Shown piece after piece: positions 45,629 to 58,572 of a DNA stretch of 64,000 nt. The notes below the pieces were generated by a model. The model worked only from the letters and a program-made list of their open reading frames with translations, was not told where the DNA came from and searched no databases. The stretch is taken from the NCBI GenBank assembly GCA_965202585.1, contig OZ241832.1:8122001-8186000 (forward strand). The letters are read 5' to 3'. The stretch is from Thalia democratica. Lineage: Eukaryota. The position numbers were made by a program, and so were the translations under genes. Every line of letters begins with the position of its first letter. The first letter of the stretch is position 1.

Positions 45629-46966
45629 ATCATAAGAACAACATAATGGTGTTATGAACAAGACCTACAATGTATAAAACTTACAAAATACACCAACAAA
45701 AACATTGAAATACTTCTACTGTTCAATATATATAACAACAAAAAGCTATACTATTACATTGTTCTATTTTTATTGTAGCTTATGTTAAACAGCAAAACTT
45801 CAAGTAGGTCGAAATAATATTGATTATAATTTTCCAACTGAAATAAAAATGTAACAATTTCCACTACTCTGTGCGTTTAATATTAGCTTGGAAGATTAAA
45901 AAATCATATAGAATACACAAGGGTTTGCCTAATTTTTTTTCAAATGACCCCCTTTAAAGAAATTAAAATTGCCATGGCCACCTTCAACAAGATTACTCTT
46001 AAACTACCATAAAATACACCTGAGGCTTTTTTTTTGCTTTTACAACATCAACTACAGAATATCTAGTGTAAGTTTCAATTATGACCTCATGGCCCCTGTG
46101 GCTCCTTTACTGCTCATGGCCCCCTGAATGTCTGTCATGGCCCACTTTAAGGAACCCTGGTGTACACGAAATACTGATCACTAATTGCTTTACTAAACGT
46201 TGGTTTGTTTACAATAAATCAGTTTGAAAGTACAAACTGGTTGAAGATAATAGTTTCGTTAAAACTTTATAACCCAACTCAGCGGTTTGGCGTACTGCGG
46301 CCAGCGAGCCACGTGCAACTCATAAAGTGTAAGTTTTCAAACTTTTAGATGTTCTGGGTAAATAATAATCTTTCTTGGTTAAGTTTATTCACAAACTAAT
46401 TACAAGAATGATAAATTCTGTAAAAAAAATATAGTGAAAACTAGGTAAATACCTATAAACTGGGGATTGTAATAAAGAACACAGCTACAAAATGTCAAAG
46501 GTAGAGTAGACTGAAGAGGTGATGTTGTAACTTACAAAAGTCAAAGGTATAGCTGACTGAAAACTTGCAAAAGAGGTGATGTTGTAACTAAAACTGAAGC
46601 TGCGGCTTGCGAAGATTTTTCGTTTTGAAATTTGGATTGCATTTACTAGACACCCTGATCAAAGCAGATATGATGGAAAGAAACCAAATTTGCATCTTGG
46701 CTCTTTTAAATAAGCATTTTATTAAAACTTTGTAATTTTCAGCAGGGAAATTAAATAGCAAATAAAATTGTTACAAAGGTTGAAATTGCAGCAATACGAT
46801 GGTGCATTGAAAAGTTTTTTAGCATTTAATTCAAAATTTACTTATGACAACTTGTTTAATGTTTAATTCTAACTGGTAAAATAAAAAACCACAGTTTCCC
46901 CGACAGTTTCTTTTGAGTATTTACTAAAACACGAAACTGGTAATTTACAGAATGTTTAAATCTTAC

Positions 46967-47093
46967 CAGGTATAGTTGAAAACACAAGTAGCAGATCATG
47001 GAGATTTGTTGACGTTGTGCATTCCGAAGACTTGAACATTTCATCGTTTGTAGTGAAGCTTGCTTTCTTCTCAGCCTGTATACCTCTACAAGC
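46967..47093 (-). CDS. Caspase exon with catalytic Cys
   Basis: tcaaag|...|gtaaga, 127 nt, ACRGIQAEKK...DLLLVFSTIP; forms QACRG with the previous exon. Confidence 0.95.
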
Positions 47094-48050
47094 CTTTGAA
47101 AAATATATTTTAAGTTGATTTGCATTACAGAAAAAAAAAAAAATATCAAAAATAAAACAAGCAATGATTATATACATGTTTAAATATCAAACTTTCTTTT
47201 TATACACAAATAATTCTAATTAAAAAAACTTTCAACACGTATATATTTACAATATTATTTTACTTTTCTTAATTTTCATCTTTATTTTTAAAAGTTAAAA
47301 CATTTATTTTTTATTTAATAAATAAATATAAAACGTTTCTAAAGGCACAAGGTAAAAATATGTAGCCATGAAAACTAACCTTTTTGCACTCATTTAATAA
47401 TTGTTTATAAATTATTTTAGGTTTTTACTCGAATTTAGTTTATCATAGAGCCAGTGAGGTCAGGCACTTAGTTTTTACATTTTTCTGAATTTAAAATATT
47501 TTAAAATAGTCGCAGCTTGAGCTGCTGTTAAGGCATAGGGGTTCAAATATAAAAAGATAAGATTGACTGTTAAATTAAAGTTTCAAGAAAAAACGTCTAG
47601 CCGGATTTTATAGTTTATGTGTGTAATGTATATAAGTTAAACCATTTAGTTTTTCTTTTGTGAAAAGTTTCCATTATATAATACTTAGATTTTTGGTGGC
47701 TAATTTTATACTAAATGTATATATAATTGTTTATTTTTGAGCTAAGACCTTCAAAACTTAAAAACTTACTCATTAAATATTAGAAACATTTATCAAAATA
47801 AATTAAAAAACAAAAAAAAAGTATAATACCAAAAAAATAGATTTAAACAAATTTAGATTTTATTTAAAATACTATTTACATATGTAAGATGTATAACAAT
47901 TTCTCTAAGACCAGCTAAGCCATCAAGATGATTCTTACTTTACCTTAACTACGCTAATTTTATTGGTATCTACTAATGAAGAACTTTAAAAAAGTGCAAT
48001 ACTAACAATGTTGCACTTAATAAATAAAAATCAAAAACCACACTTAAAAC

Positions 48051-48214
48051 CTGAATGAAGAAAATTTTAGGGCCAGTGAAGCTGCTGAGATGTTCAACCA
48101 GTTTACTGATGGGCAGCTCTTCACCATACTTCAGTTGTAACATGTCTTTCTTTTTACCGTGAGAGGAACACGCGACCACGACACAATCGTGATCAGGGTC
48201 TCCTTCTTCTTTGT
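48051..48214 (-). CDS. Caspase exon with catalytic His
   Basis: gtacag|...|gtttta, 164 nt, DCVVVACSSHG...PKIFFIQ. Confidence 0.95.
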
Positions 48215-49019
48215 CTGTACAATTATTTGTATTAATACAGTTTCATATTTCTATACTTTAAACTATTGACACTTAAAATAAACAATAACACAACAGTTTA
48301 TAAACTACCCTTCTTCCCTTATCTGTATTAATATTTATATATGGTCTTACATTTCGTTACTTTAAATTATAAACACTTAAAAAAAACAACAATCTATGAA
48401 TGTCTTCTTCTTTCTTTGGTAATAATGAAGTTTTATTTAAGTTTCTGTTTTATTTTTATGTAAGTTAGTTTAATTACCTTTTTATTTGTCGGCAACTAAA
48501 TTTGCTATTTATTAGTATTTTCTCAATTTACTAATTTTAAATTTACACAAATTGACCTTTTCATATCTTTTTGGACTAAAACTTAATTACACTTTTCAAA
48601 AGTAGTTTGATTAAACATACTAATCATTTATTAATTTTTTGTAGTTTTTATCATGTAAAAAAATTAACTTGATTTAGTTACTTAGTAAATTTTCATTGTT
48701 AAGAATATTTCTTATGTTCCTAATAATAACATTTAAAATATATTTTCTTTAAAGTCGCCAAATGAACTATTACAATTTATAGGTCCAATGTCAATATGTT
48801 TAGTCTGTTTTTATTTAAAATTCAAAATATCTTTTTTTTTCAAGAACTACCAATCGTTTGAAACAAGAAAAAAAAGTTCATTCAAAAAAAAGTTAAAACT
48901 CTATTAATTAAACTATTTCAAAACATGTAAAAGTTAAAATTCTTTAATAACTTAAAAAACTATATCAATATTCAACTAAAACTTTAAAATCAAAGTTTAA
49001 AAAAATTTAAAAAACTAAC

Positions 49020-49149
49020 ATTCTTTGAACTTTTGCAAAACATAATCCCTTTCTTCGTCATCGAAAACAATGACGTCCTCATCTGCAAATCCAAGAGCTT
49101 TCGCAACAAATTTGTAATTTTCAATGTCTTTTACGTACCCAGGTCTTTT
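49020..49149 (-). CDS. Caspase exon (large subunit)
   Basis: atacag|...|gttagt, 130 nt, KRPGYVKDIENYKFVAKALGF matches R.G...D...L...F..LGF. Confidence 0.9.
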
Positions 49150-49613
49150 CTGTATTTAACTTTATTGAAAAAAAATGCTTTTAACTTTTACAAAAAAACA
49201 CGTAAATGATAATAAATGTAAAAGTATTTATTGTTTATTAATTTTAAGTTGCAAGTGGTAAAACGAGCTATTATTACAATAGTTTCTAAAACATGAATGC
49301 AAATCATTGAAAAAAATATACTATAGTAAACTACCAAGTCATGATGATTAAAAACCTTTACACGCAGAAAATGTACAAACAAAACTTGTTTGAAAATTTT
49401 AAGTTGTGCATGACAAAAAAAAAAACAGGAAATACAAATTTAATTAAATTAATTTAGTGCTATCAATAAAATTTTTACTTGCAGAAAACGTATAAATAAT
49501 ATTTGTTTTCATCTTGTGTAAAAAAAATTTTAGTTTTCCCCAAAAAAAAAAACAAGAAAAAACAGGAAAATAAAAATTTAATTAAAATAATTTGGTGTTT
49601 AAATAGAACTGAC

Positions 49614-49725
49614 AGCGCAAATGATGAAAAAGCGACCCCTTCTTGATTTGTTCATCTCGTACTCTTCCAAAGGTTCAATCACTTTTGATCCGAACTTTTC
49701 AGCCCAGTCATCGTAATTTGTGGAA
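49614..49725 (-). CDS. Caspase exon (prodomain end and large subunit start)
   Basis: ttatag|...|gtcagt, 112 nt, ...EYEMNKSRRGRFFIICA matches Y.M....RG..LII. Confidence 0.85.
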
Positions 49726-50190
49726 CTATAAAAAAAAAGTTTATATTCAGAGGTTGGAATGTACAAAACTTGAAATTCAATTTTGTTGAACTAAAACTTT
49801 AAATGAACAAGTTGTCTTACTAATTAAACAAAAAAATTAAACAAAAATTTGAGAATCTTATAGGACAAACATTTACATTAATATTTTGTTAACAATTTTA
49901 ACCATTTTTTCTACAACTGCAACTAATCTTTCTACTTGAAATAAAATCCTATCTAACTTGTGACACACTAACATATAGCAAAATAAAAAATGACAAACAA
50001 CTTATCATAATAGTCATACACATTTCAATATTTTACTTAAAATAACAAAGCAATAAAAATTAAATTACAACAAACTATCTCGTAACCATCAGTATTAAGC
50101 TCATGAGTATAGTCACTAATTAGCTTTAATATACACTTTTTTTTCTTAATTATAAAATAAACAAAATAAATTAAATTTTTGTAAACTAAC

Positions 50191-50287
50191 TCATAATCGT
50201 CAGTAACAATTTGCCCTTCCATCATAACTTTGCCAGCTTCTTCGTTTATTTGTTCAGTGAAAAACTTATCTCTTTTTTCAATTTCAC
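50191..50287 (-). CDS. Caspase prodomain exon
   Basis: taaag|...|gttagt, 97 nt, phase 1 in and phase 2 out as required, GEIEKRDKFFTEQINEEAGKVMMEGQIVTDDY. Confidence 0.75.
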
Positions 50288-50502
50288 CTTTATTATAATA
50301 AAATTAAATAATTAAAACTAGTTAGCTAATTTTGATTCAAAAAGACCATAAATATTGCTTTAGATATAAATTTGTGTAGCTTTCTCACTTGTAACTTCTA
50401 TATGAAAAGGTAATTATTTTAGTTTAGTCATCATTACAAAGCAAATTATCCTAAAAGGTATAAAAAAAAACTTTTGAACTATTTTAATAAATTCAAACAA
50501 AC

Positions 50503-50637
50503 CTGCGAATTTAAATTCATCAATGTTCTTGCACATTACTTGAAAAATTGTCTTCCTACAACCAGGACTCAAGTACGAGTGTGAGTTTTCTATGCATTTC
50601 TTAAGTTGCTCATACATCATTGTGCATTTTATTGAAT
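50503..50637 (-). CDS. Caspase prodomain exon
   Basis: tttcag|...|gtttgt, 135 nt, DSIKCTMMYEQLKKCIENSHSYLSPGCRKTIFQVMCKNIDEFKFA. Confidence 0.75.
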
Positions 50638-51037
50638 CTGAAAGGAAATTTTTTTTTTTTATGATATTTTTTAATGGCGCACACTTGTATGTTAAAAACT
50701 AAAGCATATTACAACTGTTATTTATACAAATTTGGCTAACTTCTCTTTAAGGCATGAAAAACAACCTGGGAGACCAAAAATTAGCCAGATTTAATGATAA
50801 AAATGAAAAAAAAAAAAAAACTGAACTAACTTTTAATTAACCAAGCTTAAATATCAAAACTACCAAAATGATAACAAAGTACTCAATAAAACTACTATTT
50901 TTAAGAAAAAAACCTCAAGTGAAAAAACTAGCCTGAATTTATTAAAAGTATATCCAAATTAGCCTTATTTTAATAAAAAATGTCAAACCAGTAAGAGTTT
51001 TTTTGTTAGAGTTATTCTGTATGTGAGGAAGGCAAAC

Positions 51038-51058
51038 CTGATAAAATTTTCACATATT
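51038..51058 (-). CDS. Possible 21-nt caspase micro-exon
   Basis: ttgttgttttag|AATATGTGAAAATTTTATCAG|gtttgc preserves phase and adds EYVKILS; not required by the frame. Confidence 0.35.
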
Positions 51059-51192
51059 CTAAAACAACAAAATAACTAAATATCAGTACTTCAAGTACAA
51101 TTTTTTTTCAATAACTTAGTGCTCATAGAAATAACTGCTAATGACTCATTCTACATAAGTTTTAAAACAACTGAGTGCTCTCAACAACTCAC

Positions 51193-51277
51193 CTTCAAGG
51201 CCAGGTTTGATTTTTTCAGTTTTGGTTGAGTTGTAGAATTCCACCAGCTGCTCAATTTCTTCTTTTGCTTCGTCCAT
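51193..51277 (-). CDS. Caspase first coding exon
   Basis: aaaATGG start, MDEAKEEIEQLVEFYNSTKTEKIKPGLE, perfect |gtgagt donor, phase 1 matches the next exon. Confidence 0.75.
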
Positions 51278-52281
51278 TTTTGTTTATTTACATAATCTAC
51301 ACAAGTAGTTATTCTACGTTTTTGAAGTAAACTTTAAGCGAGTGATAATGGTTTAAAAAAATAATTTAAAAAAATGTTATTTACTGTAATTAATTTATTT
51401 TTTACTAACCTTTACTCAGTAGCTATTCAAAATAAATATTCACAAGTTTATTAGCTCAGCTTATCAAAAATTTTTACTTATTTTATTTGTACTGATCAGT
51501 AAGTTATTAAATTTTAATTTTTGAAAAAGTTTCCATGAGTATAAACAAGAACTCTTAAAATAGATAAAAACTGTTTTTTATAGTAGTATAAATATTTTTG
51601 ATTAAGATTTTATTAATTTATAAAAGCTTATTTCTAAATCATTATACACATAATTTAAGTAGTCAAACTGTGGCAGTTTATAAAAGTTCAAAAAAAAATG
51701 CAAGTTTAAGTTAAAACTTCATTAAAATTTCTGTTTTAAACTAAACTATCTTACATTGAAAAACTTAATAACATTATACCGAAGTAACTCAGATTAATTA
51801 CAAATTTAAGTAAGAAGTTTAAAACTTGAAATTGGAAAAAAAATTATAACTTAAACATACTTAACAAAATATAAATTTCCTATAGCCTAAATTGTCTAAA
51901 ATTTTTAAATATTTTAACAAAACAAAAATTTGTATTAAAATGTACAAATTTAGTTAAACTTGTAGTACTATAAACTTTGGTGGAAATATGAATAACCAAA
52001 TAATTTAAAAAATAGAATGAATAAAGTTAAAATAACTTCAACACTAGTTACTTACAACTAATTTTTACAGCTTTTAAACTTAACAAGTCAAGTGTTTTAA
52101 AGTTAAAAATTTAAAAACTACAAAGGGTTTACACTAATTCATATTATATTTTATCAAACCCCCACTATGCCCTTAAGTCATATATATTTGACTTTTAAAA
52201 CACATTTGTACACAACATAAAAATTCAAAAAATTATTTTTGTACAAAAGAAAAAATATTAAATATAAAAGCCAGTATCTTA

Positions 52282-54651
52282 TCAACTAGAGCTACTGCGG
52301 TGGACATTACAAAACAACAGTTCCTCGCAGAGTTCAACTTCTAATTCAACATGTTTCCTACTCCCAACCACAATTTCCTTAGTGTTTCTGCTGAACACGA
52401 ACGCACTTTGCTGCCAGTACTCAACCTGACACTTTCCTTCAAGAGTTGTGACTGTTACATCAGGAGTAACTTGGATATCAAACCAATACACTACAGCATC
52501 CAATTTTCCATTGTTGTTGAAACTGACATTGATTTTTTTACTCAAAACATCTTCACTTGTGCTAAGAGAGTTCATTTTAGCCGAAATTATGTCATCAAAC
52601 AGCATGAAAGGAGAAGACAATTTCGAACAGTCCAGACAGTTTAAGTTCAAGCCACTGAAACTGGACACGCAGTAGTTGTTGAGAACTGAGTCGATCCCGT
52701 GCAGTTTGTTGGACTCATCCAACACTTTGCACCTGGACAAAAGTTCTCTTGAGCTCAAGCACTGGCCTTTGACTTTAAGCTTATGAGGCAGAACTAATGC
52801 TGAACTGCCGACCTTTGCAGACTTTACACATTTGCAGTGAGCCTCGAGGCTGCCTTTTGAAAGCATCCCATCCTGTTCAACCAAGTCACTGACAATCACG
52901 TCAAATTTTTCTTTCATGGCCAAGTCCAGCTTGTTGGTAACTACCACCTGGTTCCTGAGCACGCCGCTTGCAAATTTCTTGTAAAACCTTTTCATGACTT
53001 TCAGTTTGCTCGATCCCAGAGTTACATAGTGACAAATTTGAATCTTGTTTCTGTGGTTCAAACGCAGCAAGTGTGTGGCAACTGGATTGAAACTTGATGA
53101 AATTATCAGAACTTTGACAGGTCTCACTTGGCCTTTTACAGTTAACAGTGCTGATTCTGGTATAGAATCAATGTACTTTTCACACTCAGCAACGTAGTGT
53201 TTGTAATAAGTAGGGTTGTTCAACTTCAAAACGTGGTTTTCAGACACAAACATATGGTTGCTTTTTACCAAGGACCTGTCAATGTGCTGCGAGACGTTTT
53301 TGTCATTCATTCTCACAGACTTGAGTTGCAGGCCCTTTAGACACAGGTTAAAATTACAAGCCACACTAAGAGGTGATTCCCTGTTGACAGAGGAAAAATC
53401 CAAATTCTTTAAAGGAAATATTGCTTGTTGCCAACAGGATTTATTCCCAAAAGGGGAATTTGTTAACATAAACTCCCCTTCTTTGTCTAAATCTACCTCA
53501 AACCATTGGACGAGACAGTTGAAGTTTTTTTCAGGCTTCAGTTCAAAATTACAACTGATATCTTGGTTAAGATATAACTCAACGTGTGATTGATCGCACA
53601 AGTCCAGATTAAGCACTTCAACAGTATTTGAAACAACTTGATGATCAAAGTCATTCAAGTACTCGCAAGTATAAGGCTCCAGAGCAGTCAGACTGTTGTA
53701 CGAACTGCTAGGCTTTCCAAACAAATTTACAGCACCGCTAGAAATTATCAGATCATCATCATGGTCCACATACTGGTGCTTTAATTTAAATGTCTCACAG
53801 TTCACCAGAGCACATTTTATTCTTACTCTGCTGGGCAGAAAAGTGCCATCTCTGGCAAGTAGTTTTTCATGGGCATGCAGAAAAGTAGGCAAAAAGTGCT
53901 CACCAAAGAAACTGGCGTCAAATATCTCACAGAAGATCAAAGAATATTTTTGCTGGAGTTGTGCGGAATTGCATGTTTTCAAAGTTATTTTATCATTACA
54001 GTTGTTCAACTTGAAGCATTCTTTTGCGATGGACGCCATCAGCTCTGACTCTTCACACGCGTGCACTCTCAAAAAGGACTCACACTTGGCCGCCATCAGT
54101 GACAAAAGCCCAGTGCCACACCCAATATCGAGAACAGGCATATGTCTCAAGGAGGCAGGGATAAAAGACAAGCATTTTTCAATTGCCTTCTGATACTGAG
54201 AGTTCCTGTTGACGTCATTCAGCATGGAAAAGTGCCAACACTGCATCATGCTGCTGCTCAAATTTTCCATGTTTGCAACAACTTGCACGTTACAAGGATC
54301 CAAGTAGTAACTTTTGAGCAAGAGGTTCAAGCTGGGCAGCTTTATGCCAATTTTAAAAAGGCACATTGCCATGTGAAAATGCAACTGAGGGCATTCGTCA
54401 AAAACTTTAACCGCCTCCTCATACAAACTCATGACGTCTTGCGCTTTGTTTAAACTCACCAGTTTATCCACCCAGATCTTCCACGTGAGCCCGAACTCTC
54501 TGCTTATGACCGGTTTCAGCTGGTTCGCGTAGTCTCCGCCTATTTTGAGTGAAAGGAGGTAGTAAGCAAACGCCTTTCCGTGGTTGCCCTCATTGCCGCA
54601 TTGCCTGGCAAGCTGGCAGTAATTTCTGCTGTTGTCAGCAGCACTGTTCAT
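52282..54651 (-). CDS. PRMT9: Protein arginine N-methyltransferase 9-like (TPR-like N-terminus, two MTase modules), single coding exon, 789 aa
   Basis: WHFSMLNDVNRN, VLDIGCGTGLLSLMAA, double-E loop CEIFDASFFGE, CWQQA (CW in place of the THW loop, as in PRMT9), second module ending YWQQSAF; the ORF-track start at 54717 is upstream of the likely ATG. Confidence 0.88.
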   Translation of the reverse strand: MNSAADNSRNYCQLARQCGNEGNHGKAFAYYLLSLKIGGDYANQLKPVISREFGLTWKIWVDKLVSLNKAQDVMSLYEEAVKVFDECPQLHFHMAMCLFKIGIKLPSLNLLLKSYYLDPCNVQVVANMENLSSSMMQCWHFSMLNDVNRNSQYQKAIEKCLSFIPASLRHMPVLDIGCGTGLLSLMAAKCESFLRVHACEESELMASIAKECFKLNNCNDKITLKTCNSAQLQQKYSLIFCEIFDASFFGEHFLPTFLHAHEKLLARDGTFLPSRVRIKCALVNCETFKLKHQYVDHDDDLIISSGAVNLFGKPSSSYNSLTALEPYTCEYLNDFDHQVVSNTVEVLNLDLCDQSHVELYLNQDISCNFELKPEKNFNCLVQWFEVDLDKEGEFMLTNSPFGNKSCWQQAIFPLKNLDFSSVNRESPLSVACNFNLCLKGLQLKSVRMNDKNVSQHIDRSLVKSNHMFVSENHVLKLNNPTYYKHYVAECEKYIDSIPESALLTVKGQVRPVKVLIISSSFNPVATHLLRLNHRNKIQICHYVTLGSSKLKVMKRFYKKFASGVLRNQVVVTNKLDLAMKEKFDVIVSDLVEQDGMLSKGSLEAHCKCVKSAKVGSSALVLPHKLKVKGQCLSSRELLSRCKVLDESNKLHGIDSVLNNYCVSSFSGLNLNCLDCSKLSSPFMLFDDIISAKMNSLSTSEDVLSKKINVSFNNNGKLDAVVYWFDIQVTPDVTVTTLEGKCQVEYWQQSAFVFSRNTKEIVVGSRKHVELEVELCEELLFCNVHRSSSS

Positions 54652-55949
54652 ATTAATAAAGTTTCTGCAAAAATTACAGATAACTAATTTTTTGGAATGT
54701 CTATAACTTATCTGCAAATGAAGTTTATTTAAAGAGGTAAACTAAATTTTTAATAATGTTAGACAAGAATTTATTTGAAATAAAAGATTATTTATAATAT
54801 TATAAATTTATATACAAACTTCTTAAAATTTAAATTTTTTGAAAAAGAGATAAACGAAATTTTTAAACTGTATGATTATGTGTTAAACTTGTTAAATGCA
54901 TCACTCTTCATATAAACTTTTTGATGACGTTTTAGTCCAGTCTTAGTCTTATTTACCTATTTTTTCAATTTTGAAGTATCTTGGTTTTATATATCTTAAA
55001 TGTTGAAGTTTAAAATTATTTGTGTAATTACCTAGCATGATGTCGCACCAATATTGAGCTGAAAAATGTTATATTCAAAGTCTATTTTAACAATAATATT
55101 AGGCTAAAAACTGATGTTTTATAAATACATAAATTGAATTAAACTTATTAATCATAAACTTACAAAAATTGAATATTTTATTGATTCTATTTTACAATAA
55201 AGCAAACAAATGAATACAATACTTTATATTGATTACAACATTGTAAAATAAAAGCAATTAAATATTTAAGTTTTATTAGTTTATGATAAAAAAAATATGT
55301 TTCTTTTATGGGTTATATAGCTTGTTAAAACAGTATTTTAGTTTTTTTGTTAAAAAATTATTATTTTATTTTTATTTTTTAAATTCTATTCCGACAGAAT
55401 TTTTTATTTATAAATAATTTTTAATATTTAAATATTGCAAGAAACATTTCCTGAAAATTTGAGGCAGTTATCTCAATAAATGTAGGAGAAGATAGATTTT
55501 TAGTGATTCTAATTGTTTGCCGTTTTAGTTTGCGCCTCCCATAAGGATCCTATTGTTGCCTCCGACTTTGACCTGTTACATCTCAAAAATTGTTTTGAAT
55601 TTTTATAATCTGTAAAAGGCATCTTGTAGATTAGTAAAAACTATATAAAATAAGATCAAAAACCAAAAAAGGGTGTTTACCCCCCCCCTATGCCCTTAAT
55701 CTAGTATTATAATGAATACATTAGCATTAAATAACTATCTTTAAACTTAATAATTAACTATTTTACTGATATATTATTCAGAAAAAACAAAAAAATTAAA
55801 TTAAATTAAAAACTGTTTTGAAAAATGTAGTTTCTGAAAATTGTATTGGTAGAATTAATTTTAGTCTAATAAAACTAAAATGAAAAAAAACTTATGGTTT
55901 TGCAATAGTAATTATTATATACAGCTACAAAAAAATTCAACAAAAATGG

Positions 55950-58100
55950 AAAACAGCAAATAACACCAATATAAATATACTTCCCCATCAACAGACCAAA
56001 ACCAGCCAATCGTAATCAGAATAACTACACACAAAACTGACCATAAATATATTAAGAAAAACAGATAATAAGTAAAAACCAAAAGCAATTAAGCAATATC
56101 TGCATGCAACACAAATAACTCAACCAGAACACTTCAAACATACTCAGTATACTGGCTCAACAAGAACTTTTTGTAACTGTATTTAAACTGATCTTTTTAA
56201 AGGTTTCTAAATTTTTTGGAACACTAGAGCACAACTTAGGGCCCAAACACTTAAAGGAGTTTAGGCCAAGCCCTGTTTTAGGTCTTTAAGTTTTTTTATT
56301 GAATGTCTTGTATTGTGTGTAAGAACCATACTTGCTGGAGTAAAACAACTGTGGTCAAACTTAAATCCTCCCAGAGTATTTAACATCAACTTACAAACTA
56401 AACACCTCACTAAATTTCAGAATATCAGTTGTCAAAAACAATGAATTTGTTGGAGTCAATGCAGGCTTGTGACAAAAATATCTTACAATTCTTTTTTGCA
56501 TACAAACAATTGACTTAAAATAAAAACTAGCAGCACCACCCCAATCAGATATACATTACTGGATATGAGGATAGAACAAACTGTAATACACCATTTTCAA
56601 AGTACTTGTATCCAAATAGTATCTCAATTTTTACATCATAAAGCAACTTATCTAAAGCTAGATTTAAGGTACTTCAAATGCGCCTTCCATTTCAACTTGT
56701 CCTCTAATACCACACCTAGGTATTTAATATTTTCACTCTGCTCAATCACAAAACCATTTACCTTAATACTGAATTCATTCTTTTTTGCGGTTCTATTAAA
56801 CAGTAAAAACACTGAATTAGCAGCAAAAACTTTGTCTTTGAATAGTTAATAAACAACCTGTTTTTACACTGCCATTCATCAACTTTCTTCAACTCCATAT
56901 TAATAACATCATTAAAATGGTCAATATCACAATGTTGATAACTCAGACAACAATCGTCTGCAAACAATCTCAATTTAATATTTGTAGCTGAAAATATGTC
57001 ATTTATATACACAAGAAATAACAATGGACCAAAACAAGAACCCTGAGGTATCCCAACATTCAAAATTTCACGCTCAGAAACAACATTATTTATAACAGTA
57101 GACTGAATTATATATTTTTAAAAACTTTCAATAAAATTTAACATTGAGCATTTTGTATTATAATATTTAAGTTTTGATACTAAAATTCTATGATCAACAG
57201 TATTAAAAGTTTAAGCAAGATCAAGAACATAGAATAATTTTCCTTTTTTTTTACCAGCCTCAAATAGTTCCTCAACAATCTGATTTACTGCTAACTCAGT
57301 CGTACTATTTTTATTAAACCCATATTGTTTGCAGTGCTGTCATATCATTTGACAGAAAGCAACCACTCAGTCTCTCACACACTAATGACTCAAAAGTTTT
57401 AGAAAAGGGAGACAAAAGATGAACAGGCCAAAAATTTTTACATCATTTTTTTACCATTTTTATAAATTAGCACTACCTCAGCATGTTTGAGAGAATTAGG
57501 AAACACACCATATTTAACACAATTATTACACAATATAGAAAGGTAAGGAGAAATTTTTTTCACACTCAGCTTCACAAAATGAATACTAGGGACATCAAAA
57601 CACACACTTTTATTAGGGTTTATTGTTTTAATATAATTTTCAGTTTGTTTTATTTTTGGATAGTTAAAGTTAAATTTTAATGGGGCAGGTAAAATTACAT
57701 ATGATGTAACATACTCAATTTTCCCCAGAAAACGTTTATCGTTGCAAGGGATAGAGTTTGGGACTGATGTTTTATTACCATTAAAATAAAAAGTTTGTTT
57801 GCTGATGTATTCTTAAAAACAAAACTATTTTTTACAAAACCTAAGGAAAACTAATCATAACCACAAGCAACATGACAATTAAATCATCAGCTATAGACAA
57901 AAAAAAATTATTCATTAAGTTACCAATTTCTTTTGGTTCAACAACAAAATTACCATGCACATCAAGCACACCATTGATTTTGGAATGAGAGATAGGCTTT
58001 GTAGCAACAGTATTGTCAATTATTTTCCATAGGTTATTAAAAACAACTTGGTAGTTTAACAACTTCAACTCAAAAATGCTGATAAACACGTAGTATTTTT
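55950..58100 (-). mobile_element. Decayed LINE (CR1/L2-type) reverse transcriptase relic; boundaries approximate
   Basis: GIPQGSCFGPLLFLVYIND...LRLFADD (56758-57063), TFNTVDHRIL near 57200, LWKII...EIGNLMNNFFLSIADDL (57841-58089); frameshifts and stops. Confidence 0.85.
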
Positions 58101-58179
58101 TGTAATTGTTTTCATATTAATAAAAGATATCTACAAGTTTTTCTAAAGTAAATTAAGAATCAAAAAGGTTGGTAATTAC

Positions 58180-58572
58180 CTAGGATGATGTCACACCAAT
58201 ATCAAACTGAAAATGTTTTATATAAGGTAAAAAATATAATATATAAATACATATATAAAATTAAACTTATCTATAATAAACTAATAAAACTTAAATGTGT
58301 AATCACTTTTATTTGACAATATAAAGCGATTATATCAATACAACAATTTATATTGATTATGCTATTGTAAATTTAAGTCAATTAAATATTTTACTTTATC
58401 ATATATAAATTTAATTTTTACTATGAATTTAAAAAGCTTTTTTAAAACAAAGTAGCTTTTCAAATTAAACATATTAGGCTTAAAATATCGATTTTGATCT
58501 TACAATTATGTTTTTAAAGCACATTGAATATAAAAATATTTTCAGTTTGATATTGGTGCAACATCATCCCTG
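58180..58572. mobile_element. MITE with ~35-bp TIRs; a related end lies at about 55030
   Basis: ggatgatgtcacaccaatatcaaactgaaaat is mirrored by attttcagtttgatattggtgcaacatcatccctg. Confidence 0.7.

Noticed and set aside
50066-50125. Weak echo (TDGYEIV vs TDDYELV) of the end of caspase exon 50191-50287
   Set aside because: Too short and degenerate, with no GT donor at the equivalent position
47528-52176. TTAA-GGCATAG termini (47528, 52176, 55699) as one Kolobok/piggyBac-like element capturing caspase exons
   Set aside because: Similarity is limited to about 12 nt, a third end exists, and the caspase continues in phase outside the interval; more likely separate MITE remnants
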